A DNA stretch of 64,000 bases. It comes from Balanoglossus misakiensis. Its lineage: Eukaryota > Animalia > Hemichordata. Below the pieces are notes generated by a model, which worked only from the letters and a program-made list of their open reading frames with translations, did no database searches and was not told the origin of the DNA. Made by a program: the position numbers and the translations under genes. Shown in pieces: positions 50,301-60,819 of the stretch; the stretch's first letter is position 1, and each line of letters begins with the position of its first letter. Location: positions 1,240,001-1,304,000 of the forward strand of contig CM082598.2 in the NCBI GenBank assembly GCA_040954595.2. The letters run 5' to 3'.

Positions 50301-52850
50301 ATAGGCAGTTTCATGCATAGCTGTGGTTCTTACCGAAAAATCGTGGTTCTTACCGAAAAATCATGGTTCTTACCGAAAAATCATGGTTCTTACGTTATAC
50401 AGCCTACAAAGGCATGTTTACCAAAAACATCACATTCATCACGAACGCGTAGATGGAGATTTGTTAAGAGTCTAGTTTTTACTCCCGAGCGAGCTCAATT
50501 CCGTCGTTTGTATGCCCCGAGCAAAACAGAAGAAAATCACTGATATTTTGAAGAGCAGGGTCTGTTGATGGGGAAAATTGCACTAGTCATTAAGGCAAAA
50601 GACTATGGAATTTGGAAACCTCTTGCCACCCAGCCCAGAAGGAAAAAACGGCCATCAAGATTCTGTATACAGACGTGAAAGGTTCTATCATTCAATACAC
50701 CGGCTGCCATGGCAACGACTTGTTATTCTTTGATGTGAGGATTCCGAATGTGTTGGTTACTATCAAATTGGATTTTGTATATCTTAGTGCTTGCAGGCGT
50801 GTTGGATGTGATGTTTCATACGGACAACGTCCTTTTGTGTCCCAGATTTCTATCCATGGCATCTGCTCTCGTCTCTTCAGACCGCGAGTTTCCCAATCTG
50901 GGCGTGGATTGGAACAGGATTATACTGTATTTCCAGTTTTGTTAAGTCGTTCGGTCTGATATACGTGTGATAGTCCCCCCCCCCCCGGACTACAACAAGA
51001 ATCCATACTCCACTTTGTTGAAATCGATACTTGATCGAGCTGGTCTACAAGATTTTCATTCGATATTTCACACCATTTCAAGAATATCGGACCAATTATC
51101 CTTTGAGAAAATGTCAGAGAAGGAAAATCATACAATCTATTCAAATATCTCATACGCGATGCTGTTCATATTCAAGTCCCGATCAATCTTTTTTTATCAT
51201 TCAGCTTTTTGGTTGGAACAATATAACTTCGACCAACTCTATTGAGCGGAGTAAAATCAGAAAGTTCAGCGACTTTGAAATTGTGTCAAAAGTTAGGGAC
51301 TTTGTCCCTTTAAATGGACATCACGTGATGGACCACGTCACGGGGTATTCGGTTCCCATGACGATCACATGAGGGGTATCTGCATCATAAGCTAGTGCCC
51401 GCAGGTGAGCCCATATACCCAGGCATCGCTCGGTCACGATCACACCACTTCTTCAGCATAACTCAAGTTCATGGCCAGGCCATGCAGTAACAAGCAAAGA
51501 CCACTCTGGCCCAGAAAATTCAATCCATCACTCTATTTTCCTTGGCATCGTGTTTGCTACACACATACTGCCATAGTCACACTTGATTGCCAAAACTATT
51601 GACAGGAGATACGGGATTGGTTGTCATAACCTTAGCCATATTAGCCTAAATAACCGTGTCCCATTTTCAGAGCAGTTGAAATGTGAATGTAATTCAATTG
51701 CCACCTACAGCATATACAGTATATGGTCATGTATAAATTTAAACACAGATCATCGAGAGGTACTGCTTTCTGTTTATCAACAATTCGTAACATGGCAATG
51801 AAAATCCGGGTCAATTATTTAATATGCCGGACTTTGCTTTGTCCATTGTATGTGCAGGTGTCAGTGGGTTTTTCTCTCCCGAGACGACCTTTAGGCCGAT
51901 GTGTGTACTGTCGACACAATGTGTTGGGTAAACCAGTGTCTGGCCATGGAGGGTTTTGGAGTTCTGCAGTACATGTGAACAACTGTATATGAATGCTCTG
52001 CCTGTTTTTCGCTTTGAGTCGTTCAGTTATATTTTAGTCAGTTTTGTCTGGTGACTAGTGTTCATGGTGATATTTCACAATGTGTCTTAAATACGATATA
52101 AGCTTTAGTTCACGGTTTAGTGGTGATCTGCCGCAACTATACCAACAAATCAACGGGTACTATCGGACAGTACGGTTGCATTTCAAAATAGATATGTATA
52201 CCCATACTAAATATACGTATGCACTTAATTGCTGTACTCGGGGTAAATTTAAAGTCAAGGTCGGTGTACTCGCGTTTAAGGTCATCGACTTCCTGGTCGA
52301 CGTTTGACCTGACATATAATATATAATAAAAGGTATTGGGGGAATGTCTGTGAACATGCAGTGTACCTCGGGTGGTGTGACACTGGCGTATAACTACAGT
52401 ATTTTTAGGTTTGAACTGCTGATATTCGAATCGTGTAATCTTTATTATCATTTCTCTTGATATGAACAGACTAGAGTCACATAAATCCATCAATATTCTT
52501 GATGAATGATGAAATTGTCAAACAAACGTGTTTTTACACGTTAAAGTGTGGCACGGTCGTATGATGAGTGTGACAATACCTTTTGTTTACTATAATTTGA
52601 AGATCTCTCACCTTTGCCATTCTCCGTCCGTCAGACCGTGGATTCTCGCCGATTTCTGGTGTGATGACAGAAAGTACGACACTGAACTTTCCAGCGACGG
52701 GATGAGAGATCTCCTTCTCCCCGGTTCAAAATGCGGAGGTGTTGAGGTGACGGCCGAACTCTGCCTTCTGGCGTGGTGTGACCTGCCTTCGTGGCGAGAG
52801 TCGAGATCGACGGAGGCGGTTACACTATTGTGTCTGCTGTTATTCCTCAT
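46615..52850 (-). CDS. PRR5: Proline-rich protein 5 / Protor family (mTORC2 subunit, HbrB-like domain), ~483 aa; exons 52612-52850, 49464-49593, 49058-49112, 48792-48889, 48471-48546, 47389-47634, 46615-47222
   Basis: Spliced product WQSLQDAISGIF...VLKSELSTFLGEYYK-THLLKRGM...LAELWVKFYSTMLPQIQAIL...TIRQMSLVGFRD...QMLLVLQHVHDS...YLRLEELVARAISPYIG matches, from memory, PRR5/PRR5L (LKTELGSFFTEY, LLTKGM, LAETW, QMLLVLQGVHES, YLRLETLV..VVSPYLG). Phases total 1452 nt. Confidence 0.88.
47296..47383. repeat. (TCAA)n(TCAG)n microsatellite in PRR5 intron
   Basis: Seen directly. Confidence 0.95.
50324..50393. repeat. 20-bp tandem repeat x3.5 (TGGTTCTTACCGAAAAATC[A/G])
   Basis: Seen directly in PRR5 intron 1. 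Confidence 0.85.
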
Positions 52851-53992
52851 GTCTGCCCAAATTTCACCGCCAGAGTTCAAAATGTGGTCGCAGGTCCAGC
52901 CTGCGTGCAGCTTCGACCTTCAGGCGACAGACCAGTAAACTACCGGGTCATGGCGGTATAAAAATGTCCCCGAACAGACCATTTTATCTGAAGAGTGAAC
53001 TATAGTACCACTATTCTAGATAGCAGGGACCGGTGTGTGTTACCTGGTGCAGCTTATCTGATAAATAACGCTCACCGCTACTCACAGCAGACTTACGGTA
53101 CAGACTAAACCATTTCGAAACATAGGGTGGAAATTATATGAATCCCAGCCAAGCCACGCCTCTGTCGAGTCTATTGTTTAGACATCGCTTCACAAATACT
53201 GTATGGTCTTTTAACACCGCTATGTTCGCGAGTTACAAGCAAACATGCAGGTAGATATACAGTACTGGACAAATTGGCTTCATTGTTATTAAGCTGACGG
53301 TTACGACCAAAACCAGTTGAAAAATCGTCCGTGAAATCAAACAATGGAAACAAACGTCATGAAGCTTATAAGCCTAACCGTAAGCTGATATTGCGTAATT
53401 GCTTCCTAACACTTACAAAATGCTGCTTTGTTACTATGGATAATGGTAAAGACAACCACAGCTACTATTACGCCTATATAGTCAGTTTCCCTCTCCCTCT
53501 TCCCCCTCTCTCCCTCCCTCTCTCCCTCCACCTCTACACTGGGGATAAACACACACCGAGTAATTTGTAGAGAATAACTCCATCTGAAACCTATTTAAAC
53601 GTGTTTAAGCTCACTGTCTTCAGAACATACACTCTGGCAAAGAGAGTAGGTAGTTTCTCCCACTTCCAAACCGCCTCGGGCTCTGACTGTGCGTAATTGA
53701 ATTGCACTGACGCCAATAAGGCCGACTTGTCTTAACACTTAGCTCTCGCTGAAGTAGTGTGTACATGTATTAATAAAACACGACATACAAAGTCGACCCA
53801 AATGAAAAACAATTCTTGAATAATTTATGTATACTTGGTCGAATCTTTAAATATTTAATGACGTTTTACACCGGGTCATGTTTCTCCCCTCAGTAACTGC
53901 AAGATTACTAAAGTGACCGAAACGAAAATATCAGATCGTGATAGTTTTGCCCATGGGCACTCTATCACATGGCCTTGTGTTTTGCTGCATAT

Positions 53993-54041
53993 ATCATCAT
54001 CATCGTCATCACCATCGTCATCATCATCATTATCATCATCA
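53993..54041. repeat. (CAT/CGT)n trinucleotide microsatellite
   Basis: Seen directly. Confidence 0.85.
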
Positions 54042-55147
54042 TTTTCGTCGTCCTTGTTTATACAATAACAGTACAAACACGGTTACTAGTAACCGTGGTA
54101 CAAAGTAATGTCTTGTACATGGACCAATGTTGTCGCCGAGGGCGCCATCAAACAATTTTCAATGCAGGAACTTCATGAAACTGGTTGGAACTTCTCTTTA
54201 TTAAGAGGTTTAATACCATTCAACACCCTAAGTTGAGTTGTAATTACTTTTATTAAAGAAGAGGTCATTTGGTCTGGAAATGTATCAGGTAATATTCCGA
54301 AATCTTCAGACTTGTTACACGGAAAAGCAAGAAACACTAATATATCCCGTTATATTTTTTTTATAAATTTATTTCCGTGTGACGTTTAAATATGGCCAGA
54401 GATTATGGCTGAGTGTTTGCTGTATTGCCTATGTCCACAAAATCTATCAACCATTATTGTCGGAAAATCGATTAGTGACCACGCTGATACACGTAGGTCA
54501 AATTCCGAAGATGACCTTTTTCCACACAAAGAACAGGTTTGGTTCTGTGTATACATAGGCCAGATAAACAGTAAAATTCATGGGATATTCAAAATACAAA
54601 AGTCTTGGTCATTATAAATTTGAATCTCTGCTATATACAGGAATACTTTTGCGTTCGCATGTAAGGAAAAAAAGTAGTCAAAGTTATTTCAAGATATTAT
54701 TTGTAAAACACTGAATTCCATTCCTGTAAATAAATGTACACAGCTCCGTTACATAGCTGACAAAATACAGCCGCTTCGTATACGTGGCTAGGAAATGTGA
54801 CAGAGCTGAGTGTTAGAAGAGATTTTAACAGAAGTTTATGTTGAAATATTTGCTATGTTCCTGGTTGATAATTCACAGGGGTGATGGGATGGAAAAGGTA
54901 GGGCCGAGCATGACAGGACGTGTTCCACTGAAAACTTCCAGTTCCCGAATACAAGGATGTTAAAAATAGACCCGTTGCTAAGATGAGCTTTATGGCCGGT
55001 TCAAAGTTGTGATTCTTGTAAAGAAAATATATAGTCTACTGGTACGTCCTGGTACGAGGTTGTGAGCATCGTACAATTAGACTGTACAAAGTCTGTCATT
55101 TGTCTGACACAATTCAAAACGTTGTTTGCAAAATATTAGCCAGTCTC

Positions 55148-56923
55148 CTAGACCATGACTTCCTGCTGAACTTGTTTGAGGCGCAAATCTTTCAAGTCTT
55201 TTGGCAGACGATTATAAAGGTCGTCAACTTCCTCATTACACTCTTTCGACATACTCATGTAGTCGCTATCTCGAACGAAGTCACGTGATTCTGTGGTGTC
55301 CTCGTCCTCCTCGTCGTCCAGGGCCCCAGTTTTGAAACTTATCGCCCCCTCAGCCTCTTCAGTGGTGGGAATCCCATGCATCGTGAGGTAATATTTATCA
55401 TCATCGTACTCATTGTGTGCGGCGGGGAGGTAAGAAATATAGCTCACGAATGACTCATTCCGATGCTTTATACTCAAGTAATCGCCTTCGTCATCGTTGT
55501 AGTCGCTCATTGGTCGTGGTGCAGCGCCTCCGGATCCCATCCCACGGGGCCGCTGCTGAAAATGTCTGCCTCCATGCGAGGACATCTCTGTGTCTAAATC
55601 ACTTTCCTTGAATCGCACGGGCGTTCCTTTGCGAAGCGAGTCGTACCCGCCGCCCTTCCGTTCTTCTTCCGAATCGGTGTCCAGTGGTCTTATGTCCCGC
55701 GCACACTCTGGCTCGCTGCCGTCGGCGTAAACGTTCGATTTAACTCGTTCACCTTTCCTTGCAACGTTCACTTCTGCATAGCTGGGACTTGTTACCATGC
55801 TGTTTACTTTCTCGTCTTCTCGCGAGCGCCGTCTGTACTTCAGGCACGCGACAGCAAGTATGACCTGGACGAGCAGAAATACAAGAACGATACCGCAAAT
55901 GATCAGCAGCATGTACTGCTCGAAGATGTCTTCTTCCGGTGCGCTTTCGATTTGCAGAAATATCGTTCCCTTCCCCGTCCCAACATCGTTCACGACCTCA
56001 CAGACAATCTCAGCTCCATTGTCGGCGCTGGACGCATTTATGATCTGAAGAACTTCAAGATTGTCAAATTTCTCCAGCTTATATCTCTCCCCTAAGGCCT
56101 CCTGTAAGGTTGAGTTGTTGTACGTCCAATTGAAATTGGTCGCCGGCGGATTGGAGTCTCCACTGCAGAAGACCAATTCTTCGCCGCCGGTAACGTCATG
56201 CAACTGTCGCGTTGTGACAGCGGGTGGATATTGTACATCCAAAGGGCCGATGTCGCAGAGATATGAGTACCTTAGAAAAGGGCCGCCCGCTGTGCAAACA
56301 TATCCGACCCCGTTATTTTCTGCTTTTAGTTCAAACGTTATTGAGATGGAATCTATGCCTTCTGCTATCACAGTTACGGATTCCGTTACCTCCTCAAGAA
56401 TTAATACCACTTTAGTTGTTAACACGGAGACACAGGACAGGGTGACGTTGGTTCCAGCCATCAGGGTTTCGTTTAGCAGTCCGCCACCTTCACCAGGCTC
56501 TGCAATCGTACATTCCGGGAAGCTGTCGTTTTCTATGACAACAACGACAGCCTGGGTGACGGTAATCTCGTTTGTGGTGTTCGTGAACTCGCAGTTGTAC
56601 TCGCCGGCGTGGTGGAGCTGAAGCACGCCGATGTATAGATCATAAACACCGTCGTCCACGGAAACGATCATTTTGGCCGACTCGGTGGTGGTGTTTGACC
56701 GATCGCGCTCGCCAGCGACACCGGAGTCGTAGACGCAGATTTGTTCGCCGTCTTTGAACCACGCCACGGTGTAGTTCCCGTCAACTTCAACTCGACACTC
56801 GAGTACGAGACTCTCTCCTTCCAGAACTGTCTCGTTCACATATCTCGTGGCGGAAGCAGTCTCCCAAACGATGAATGTTACCAGCAAACATGGAACCACT
56901 GCGGAGATAATCTTTGTCACCAT
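55148..56923 (-). CDS. Type I membrane Ig-superfamily receptor 1 (V-like + 2 C2/I-like Ig domains, TM, ~230-aa Tyr-rich tail), 591 aa, single coding exon
   Basis: Uninterrupted ORF: signal peptide; LECRV..VAWFKDG..HAGEYNC; LSCVS..NNGVGYVC..LDVQYPP; CSGDSNPP..FNWTY..DNGAEIVCEV.N.VG; TM MLLIICGIVLVFLLVQVILAVACL followed by KYRRR. Confidence 0.9.
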   Translation of the reverse strand: MVTKIISAVVPCLLVTFIVWETASATRYVNETVLEGESLVLECRVEVDGNYTVAWFKDGEQICVYDSGVAGERDRSNTTTESAKMIVSVDDGVYDLYIGVLQLHHAGEYNCEFTNTTNEITVTQAVVVVIENDSFPECTIAEPGEGGGLLNETLMAGTNVTLSCVSVLTTKVVLILEEVTESVTVIAEGIDSISITFELKAENNGVGYVCTAGGPFLRYSYLCDIGPLDVQYPPAVTTRQLHDVTGGEELVFCSGDSNPPATNFNWTYNNSTLQEALGERYKLEKFDNLEVLQIINASSADNGAEIVCEVVNDVGTGKGTIFLQIESAPEEDIFEQYMLLIICGIVLVFLLVQVILAVACLKYRRRSREDEKVNSMVTSPSYAEVNVARKGERVKSNVYADGSEPECARDIRPLDTDSEEERKGGGYDSLRKGTPVRFKESDLDTEMSSHGGRHFQQRPRGMGSGGAAPRPMSDYNDDEGDYLSIKHRNESFVSYISYLPAAHNEYDDDKYYLTMHGIPTTEEAEGAISFKTGALDDEEDEDTTESRDFVRDSDYMSMSKECNEEVDDLYNRLPKDLKDLRLKQVQQEVMV

Positions 56924-57938
56924 GTCGGTAGTGGAGATTGCGTCGATTGATAAAGCACTCTACTGGTCCCGAGACTTAAAAGACATCTCGATTTCACGAT
57001 TCTCACTCTCAACACTCTTTTGACATCCCTGTCAGCGGAAACACTACTTCGAACAAACTTTGATGTGATTTTACAACACCGTAACTGACAACTTCGATGT
57101 TTCCTCTCCGGTGACAGACACATCAACTATTTCTGGCGTGAACTTCCGCATCAGATAAAATATATGACACGGCCAAACGCTGAGCAATTCAGCTGTCACG
57201 TGTTTGCTTTATTGTCGATTCGTGCTTTTCATCAAACCTTTGAAAAGGAGGTCAAATGGACTCTGAATTTACCCAGCTAGCTGTAGTCCAACCCTTTGTT
57301 CAACTTACCTGTAGGTAGAATGTGTTGAAAAGCAACACCGTCTTCAATTGTGGTTTCGTTGGTGTATTGTATGCCAGGGTGTTTATGCATGAGGAAGTTT
57401 TACACAGGGCGTTATATTCTGCAAAGTTGAAAGCTTACAAGTGTGTGGAGGAAAGACATGATATAGAAACACATCCGACAAAATATAAGATAACAGTTTT
57501 ATTAAATTCACGACTTTTATATTTACAAGGCTCAGTGTAATCTTGCTCCAAGACTGTGTGATACTGGAATGCGCGACGCTAAACACTTTGCCTAGCGACG
57601 AGTCATACGCAGTATGATTAAAGGTCCATTCTTATCGACAGGCACAGACTGCTATAGAGTCTCGGCTCAGTGGCACGGAATGATAAAATGGCACCGGTCC
57701 AATTGTACTATTACCCCTCCTCCCCCGAGACTGAAAACTGAGTGGTCTTTGGTCAAAGAACAGTTGTAGGTGTTATTCAGGTGACAGACAAAGGTTACTG
57801 CGCAAACAAGCTGTTCGTGTGACAGTGTGTGCACATTATGATGACAAAAACACCGTTGGCTTGTATTTCTTGGCAAGCAACTCGCTGCTACGTTAATTAA
57901 ACAAATCCCACGAGATCTCGCAATGACCTGAAAATCGT

Positions 57939-59684
57939 CTATTCAGTCGACAAGTCTTTTCGAACATTTTCACTGCAGGGTAAAATGTCGTAAAGATTTT
58001 CTTCGCCGCCATCTGTACCATCTTGGGGCAACCCATGCATACTTACATAAATTTGATTTGGGTTACTGTTGGGACTAATGGTCTTTTTCTTCCGTCGGGT
58101 AACTGGATTAGCGCTAACTAAATTTGTTGATGAACTGGCGCCCTGTGTGTCTGTGTTAACATTTGTCTTGTATTTCTTTTCGTGGTTGCTTTGACTGGAG
58201 ATTGTACATGCGGCACTTTCTGTCGTCTGGTTCATGGAGCAATAAGTCTCTTCCATTGGTTCAGCGTTGTTTTGATTGCCCTCCTTGACAATAGCGCCCT
58301 CCTTGGCAGCGTTGTGTACCCACCAGTCCTTCTGGTAGACGTCAACGGTGCGGTAGAACATACTCTTACCGGATTTGTGGCCAGTCGGTTGAACATATTC
58401 AGATTCGGTTTCAAGCGCGTTGTCATTCAACGTCAAAGCCGCGGGAACTCCTTTGAACGTTTCGTAAATACAGACATCCTCTGCGACAGCCATGCTGTTT
58501 TCTGATTGGTCCAAAGAGCGTTCAACGTCAGAATCTTCTGTCGCGTCATCAGCACTATCTGTAGTTTCATTAACATCTTTATCACTAGAAAATGTGAACT
58601 CGCAAAGTGTTGTTCCTGTTTTCTTGTTCCACAGTATCCACGATGGTACAATTATCGCGACTTCAACTAGAATCAGTCCAGTTATCGAAGCCATGACAAC
58701 AAGCGCGACCGAGACACAGTTCTCGTCTGCGGACAAATTCTCCGCAGACGACATAAGTGCAAGTTGTTCAAAAGTTGTCCCTTCTTTGTTCGTGGCCTCG
58801 CATCCGACAGTCACGCCGTCCGTGGATTCCGATGTGTCAATAAAAAGCATAGCTACAGCGCCATCATTCTGAACGGTCAACCCTTCTTGTCTGTTGGCAT
58901 TTGAATCGTTTAACGGATGACCGTCGTAAATCCAGAGAAACGACGAGACGTGAGGACGGGCTTCAGCATCGCAGAGGACAAGCACCTGGCTTCTCTGCAA
59001 GTCGTGAAACTGTCGAAGAGTGACGAATGGCGAGAAGGTTATATTGTTAAGATCAAAGCGGCACTGGTGACTTGTCTGGAAAGAGGAACTGTTTGCCGAG
59101 CACGTAAACATTTCTTTTTCATTTTCTTCCGTCAAGACTATCGTGCGACTTATTCTACTGAAAGTGGTCTCATCACCAGTAGCCGCGATTCGACCATTTT
59201 CTTCGATCGTCAGCGTGACGTTAACCGTGAGATCGGAAAAGCACACGAGATTAACCAATGGCATGCTGGCAGACGTTAAATTTTGAACAGAAATCTCGCA
59301 GCGCGGGAAATTCTCCGTTTCTAGCACAGAAATTACAATATTGTCCGAAGTTTCTCTGTCGTGAGTACTAGTTACAGCACACCAATATTGGCCAGCGTCT
59401 TGAAGGCGCAGCTCACGAATATGTAGGTCGTAACTGTCGTCTTCCACGATGATGGTAGCGTTAATACCACTATCAATGATGTCGTAGTTTCGGCTTATTG
59501 ATGAGTTTCCCTTGAACCATTCAGTGGTTGAATTTCCCCCTAGTCCAAGACTTACCCGGCAGCGTAGAATTGCGCTCTGTCCTTCGAGGAGGATTTGATT
59601 CTGCGTAGTGTCGATGATGAGCACGGCCGTGCAACCGATAACCCGAGCGAAGATGACCGAAACGAGCAAGTAGTGCAAATACAT
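57939..59684 (-). CDS. Type I membrane Ig-superfamily receptor 2 (paralog of 55148-56923), 581 aa, single coding exon
   Basis: Uninterrupted ORF: signal peptide; LRCRV..EWFKG..YDLHI..QDAGQYWC; FPRC..LVCFS..FTCSA; TLRQFHD..CDAEARP..FLWIY..VGCEATNKEG; TM VALVVMASITGLILVEVAIIVPSWILW; Tyr-motif tail. Confidence 0.9.
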   Translation of the reverse strand: MYLHYLLVSVIFARVIGCTAVLIIDTTQNQILLEGQSAILRCRVSLGLGGNSTTEWFKGNSSISRNYDIIDSGINATIIVEDDSYDLHIRELRLQDAGQYWCAVTSTHDRETSDNIVISVLETENFPRCEISVQNLTSASMPLVNLVCFSDLTVNVTLTIEENGRIAATGDETTFSRISRTIVLTEENEKEMFTCSANSSSFQTSHQCRFDLNNITFSPFVTLRQFHDLQRSQVLVLCDAEARPHVSSFLWIYDGHPLNDSNANRQEGLTVQNDGAVAMLFIDTSESTDGVTVGCEATNKEGTTFEQLALMSSAENLSADENCVSVALVVMASITGLILVEVAIIVPSWILWNKKTGTTLCEFTFSSDKDVNETTDSADDATEDSDVERSLDQSENSMAVAEDVCIYETFKGVPAALTLNDNALETESEYVQPTGHKSGKSMFYRTVDVYQKDWWVHNAAKEGAIVKEGNQNNAEPMEETYCSMNQTTESAACTISSQSNHEKKYKTNVNTDTQGASSSTNLVSANPVTRRKKKTISPNSNPNQIYVSMHGLPQDGTDGGEENLYDILPCSENVRKDLSTE

Positions 59685-60735
59685 TCTGCTTCTGTTATTG
59701 CGAGATACAGATGATCATTCAAGCGAAGACGGATCAGACTGTTAGAAGAGTCGATTTTAGGTTTGCTGGCCGCGGGGAGTAGGGGGAGAGGAAGGCAAGA
59801 GTTTTTTCAAGTTCCAACGATGACTGACTCGCAGTTTACTGGTCGTAGAAAACTCTGTCAACAGCGCGACGAGAAGGAACGGATTCTTTTGTACCAGACT
59901 ATGTTTTCTTTATATACGTGCAAAAAGAGGAAGTATAGTTTACTCATTACGCCTTCGGTCTTCGACACACGGAATGTGTAGTAGAGTGAATAGATCCATT
60001 AACAAGTTGACAGTGATCCCGGGGCAAGTGTGCATAGTTTCAAAAATTTTGAGAGAACTTCCCATCTCGTGTAGTTTACACTATCAATGTTATCAAGTTT
60101 CAATGAAAAAAAAACTCTTGTGAAAACTGTAGAATATTTAGACAGCTATTAAGTGAACAGTGTTGATACAGCAACTGGAAGGTACAGTAAGGGGAATTCC
60201 CGGAACTGTCATTAGCGAAGAGGAAACAAAACTCTGTGTCGTCTCTGTGATAAATGGGTATACATGTATGTGTTCTTCAGCCTTATCCACAAGCTCCCTG
60301 ACCGAACTATATGTACACGGATCACGGAAGGACAGAGCATTGACCAGGCGGTCGACAGACAATCATTGCAAGAGTTTTCGCTCTTTCTTGCCCCTTTTTC
60401 TTGCACATCCATGTGCATCGAAGCAACGCGTATGTGTTAAATATGGGCCATTTTCTTCGACGAATTTGAGAAGAAAGCGAGTACATGTATGCTAAAACAA
60501 CAAAACAATTATGGTCTTATTGGCAGAAAGATTGAATGATGGAGTATGACTCGAATTCTCATCGCTTGCATTTTTGTTTGCAATGTGGTGTTTATATTTG
60601 GAACGCTGCTTGGAGATTGTGATTCGCGTCGTCTCAGTGCGCGAATATGGGTCACATGCGTTCGAAATGGTCGCTTCGTATTCGAAACGGTCATGTGTGA
60701 ACGTTCTGATGACTGAAAAATAATTCCACGCAATC

Positions 60736-60819
60736 ATGGCGCCTCTTGGCATCAACAGCGACTGTGAAGATGTAGCCAACTCTCAAAGATCACCATCCTT
60801 TGCCAAGCTGGCGACATGA
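60736..60819 (+). promoter_or_regulatory. 27-codon upstream ORF whose stop overlaps the main start (acATGAtg)
   Basis: ATC-ATG-G at 60736 (strong Kozak context); MAPLGINSDCEDVANSQRSPSFAKLAT*; TGA at 60817-60819 overlaps the ATG at 60816. Confidence 0.5.

Noticed and set aside
52137-52493. ORF SNVDQEVDDLKREYTD... as a PRR5 exon
   Set aside because: Exon 1 joins 49593 directly to give the conserved WQSLQDAI, and there is no strong phase-matched donor for this segment.
53600-60100. RAG-type recombination signals or gene segments around the Ig genes
   Set aside because: I saw no convincing heptamer-spacer-nonamer, and the ORFs are complete rather than segmented. This was a visual scan only.
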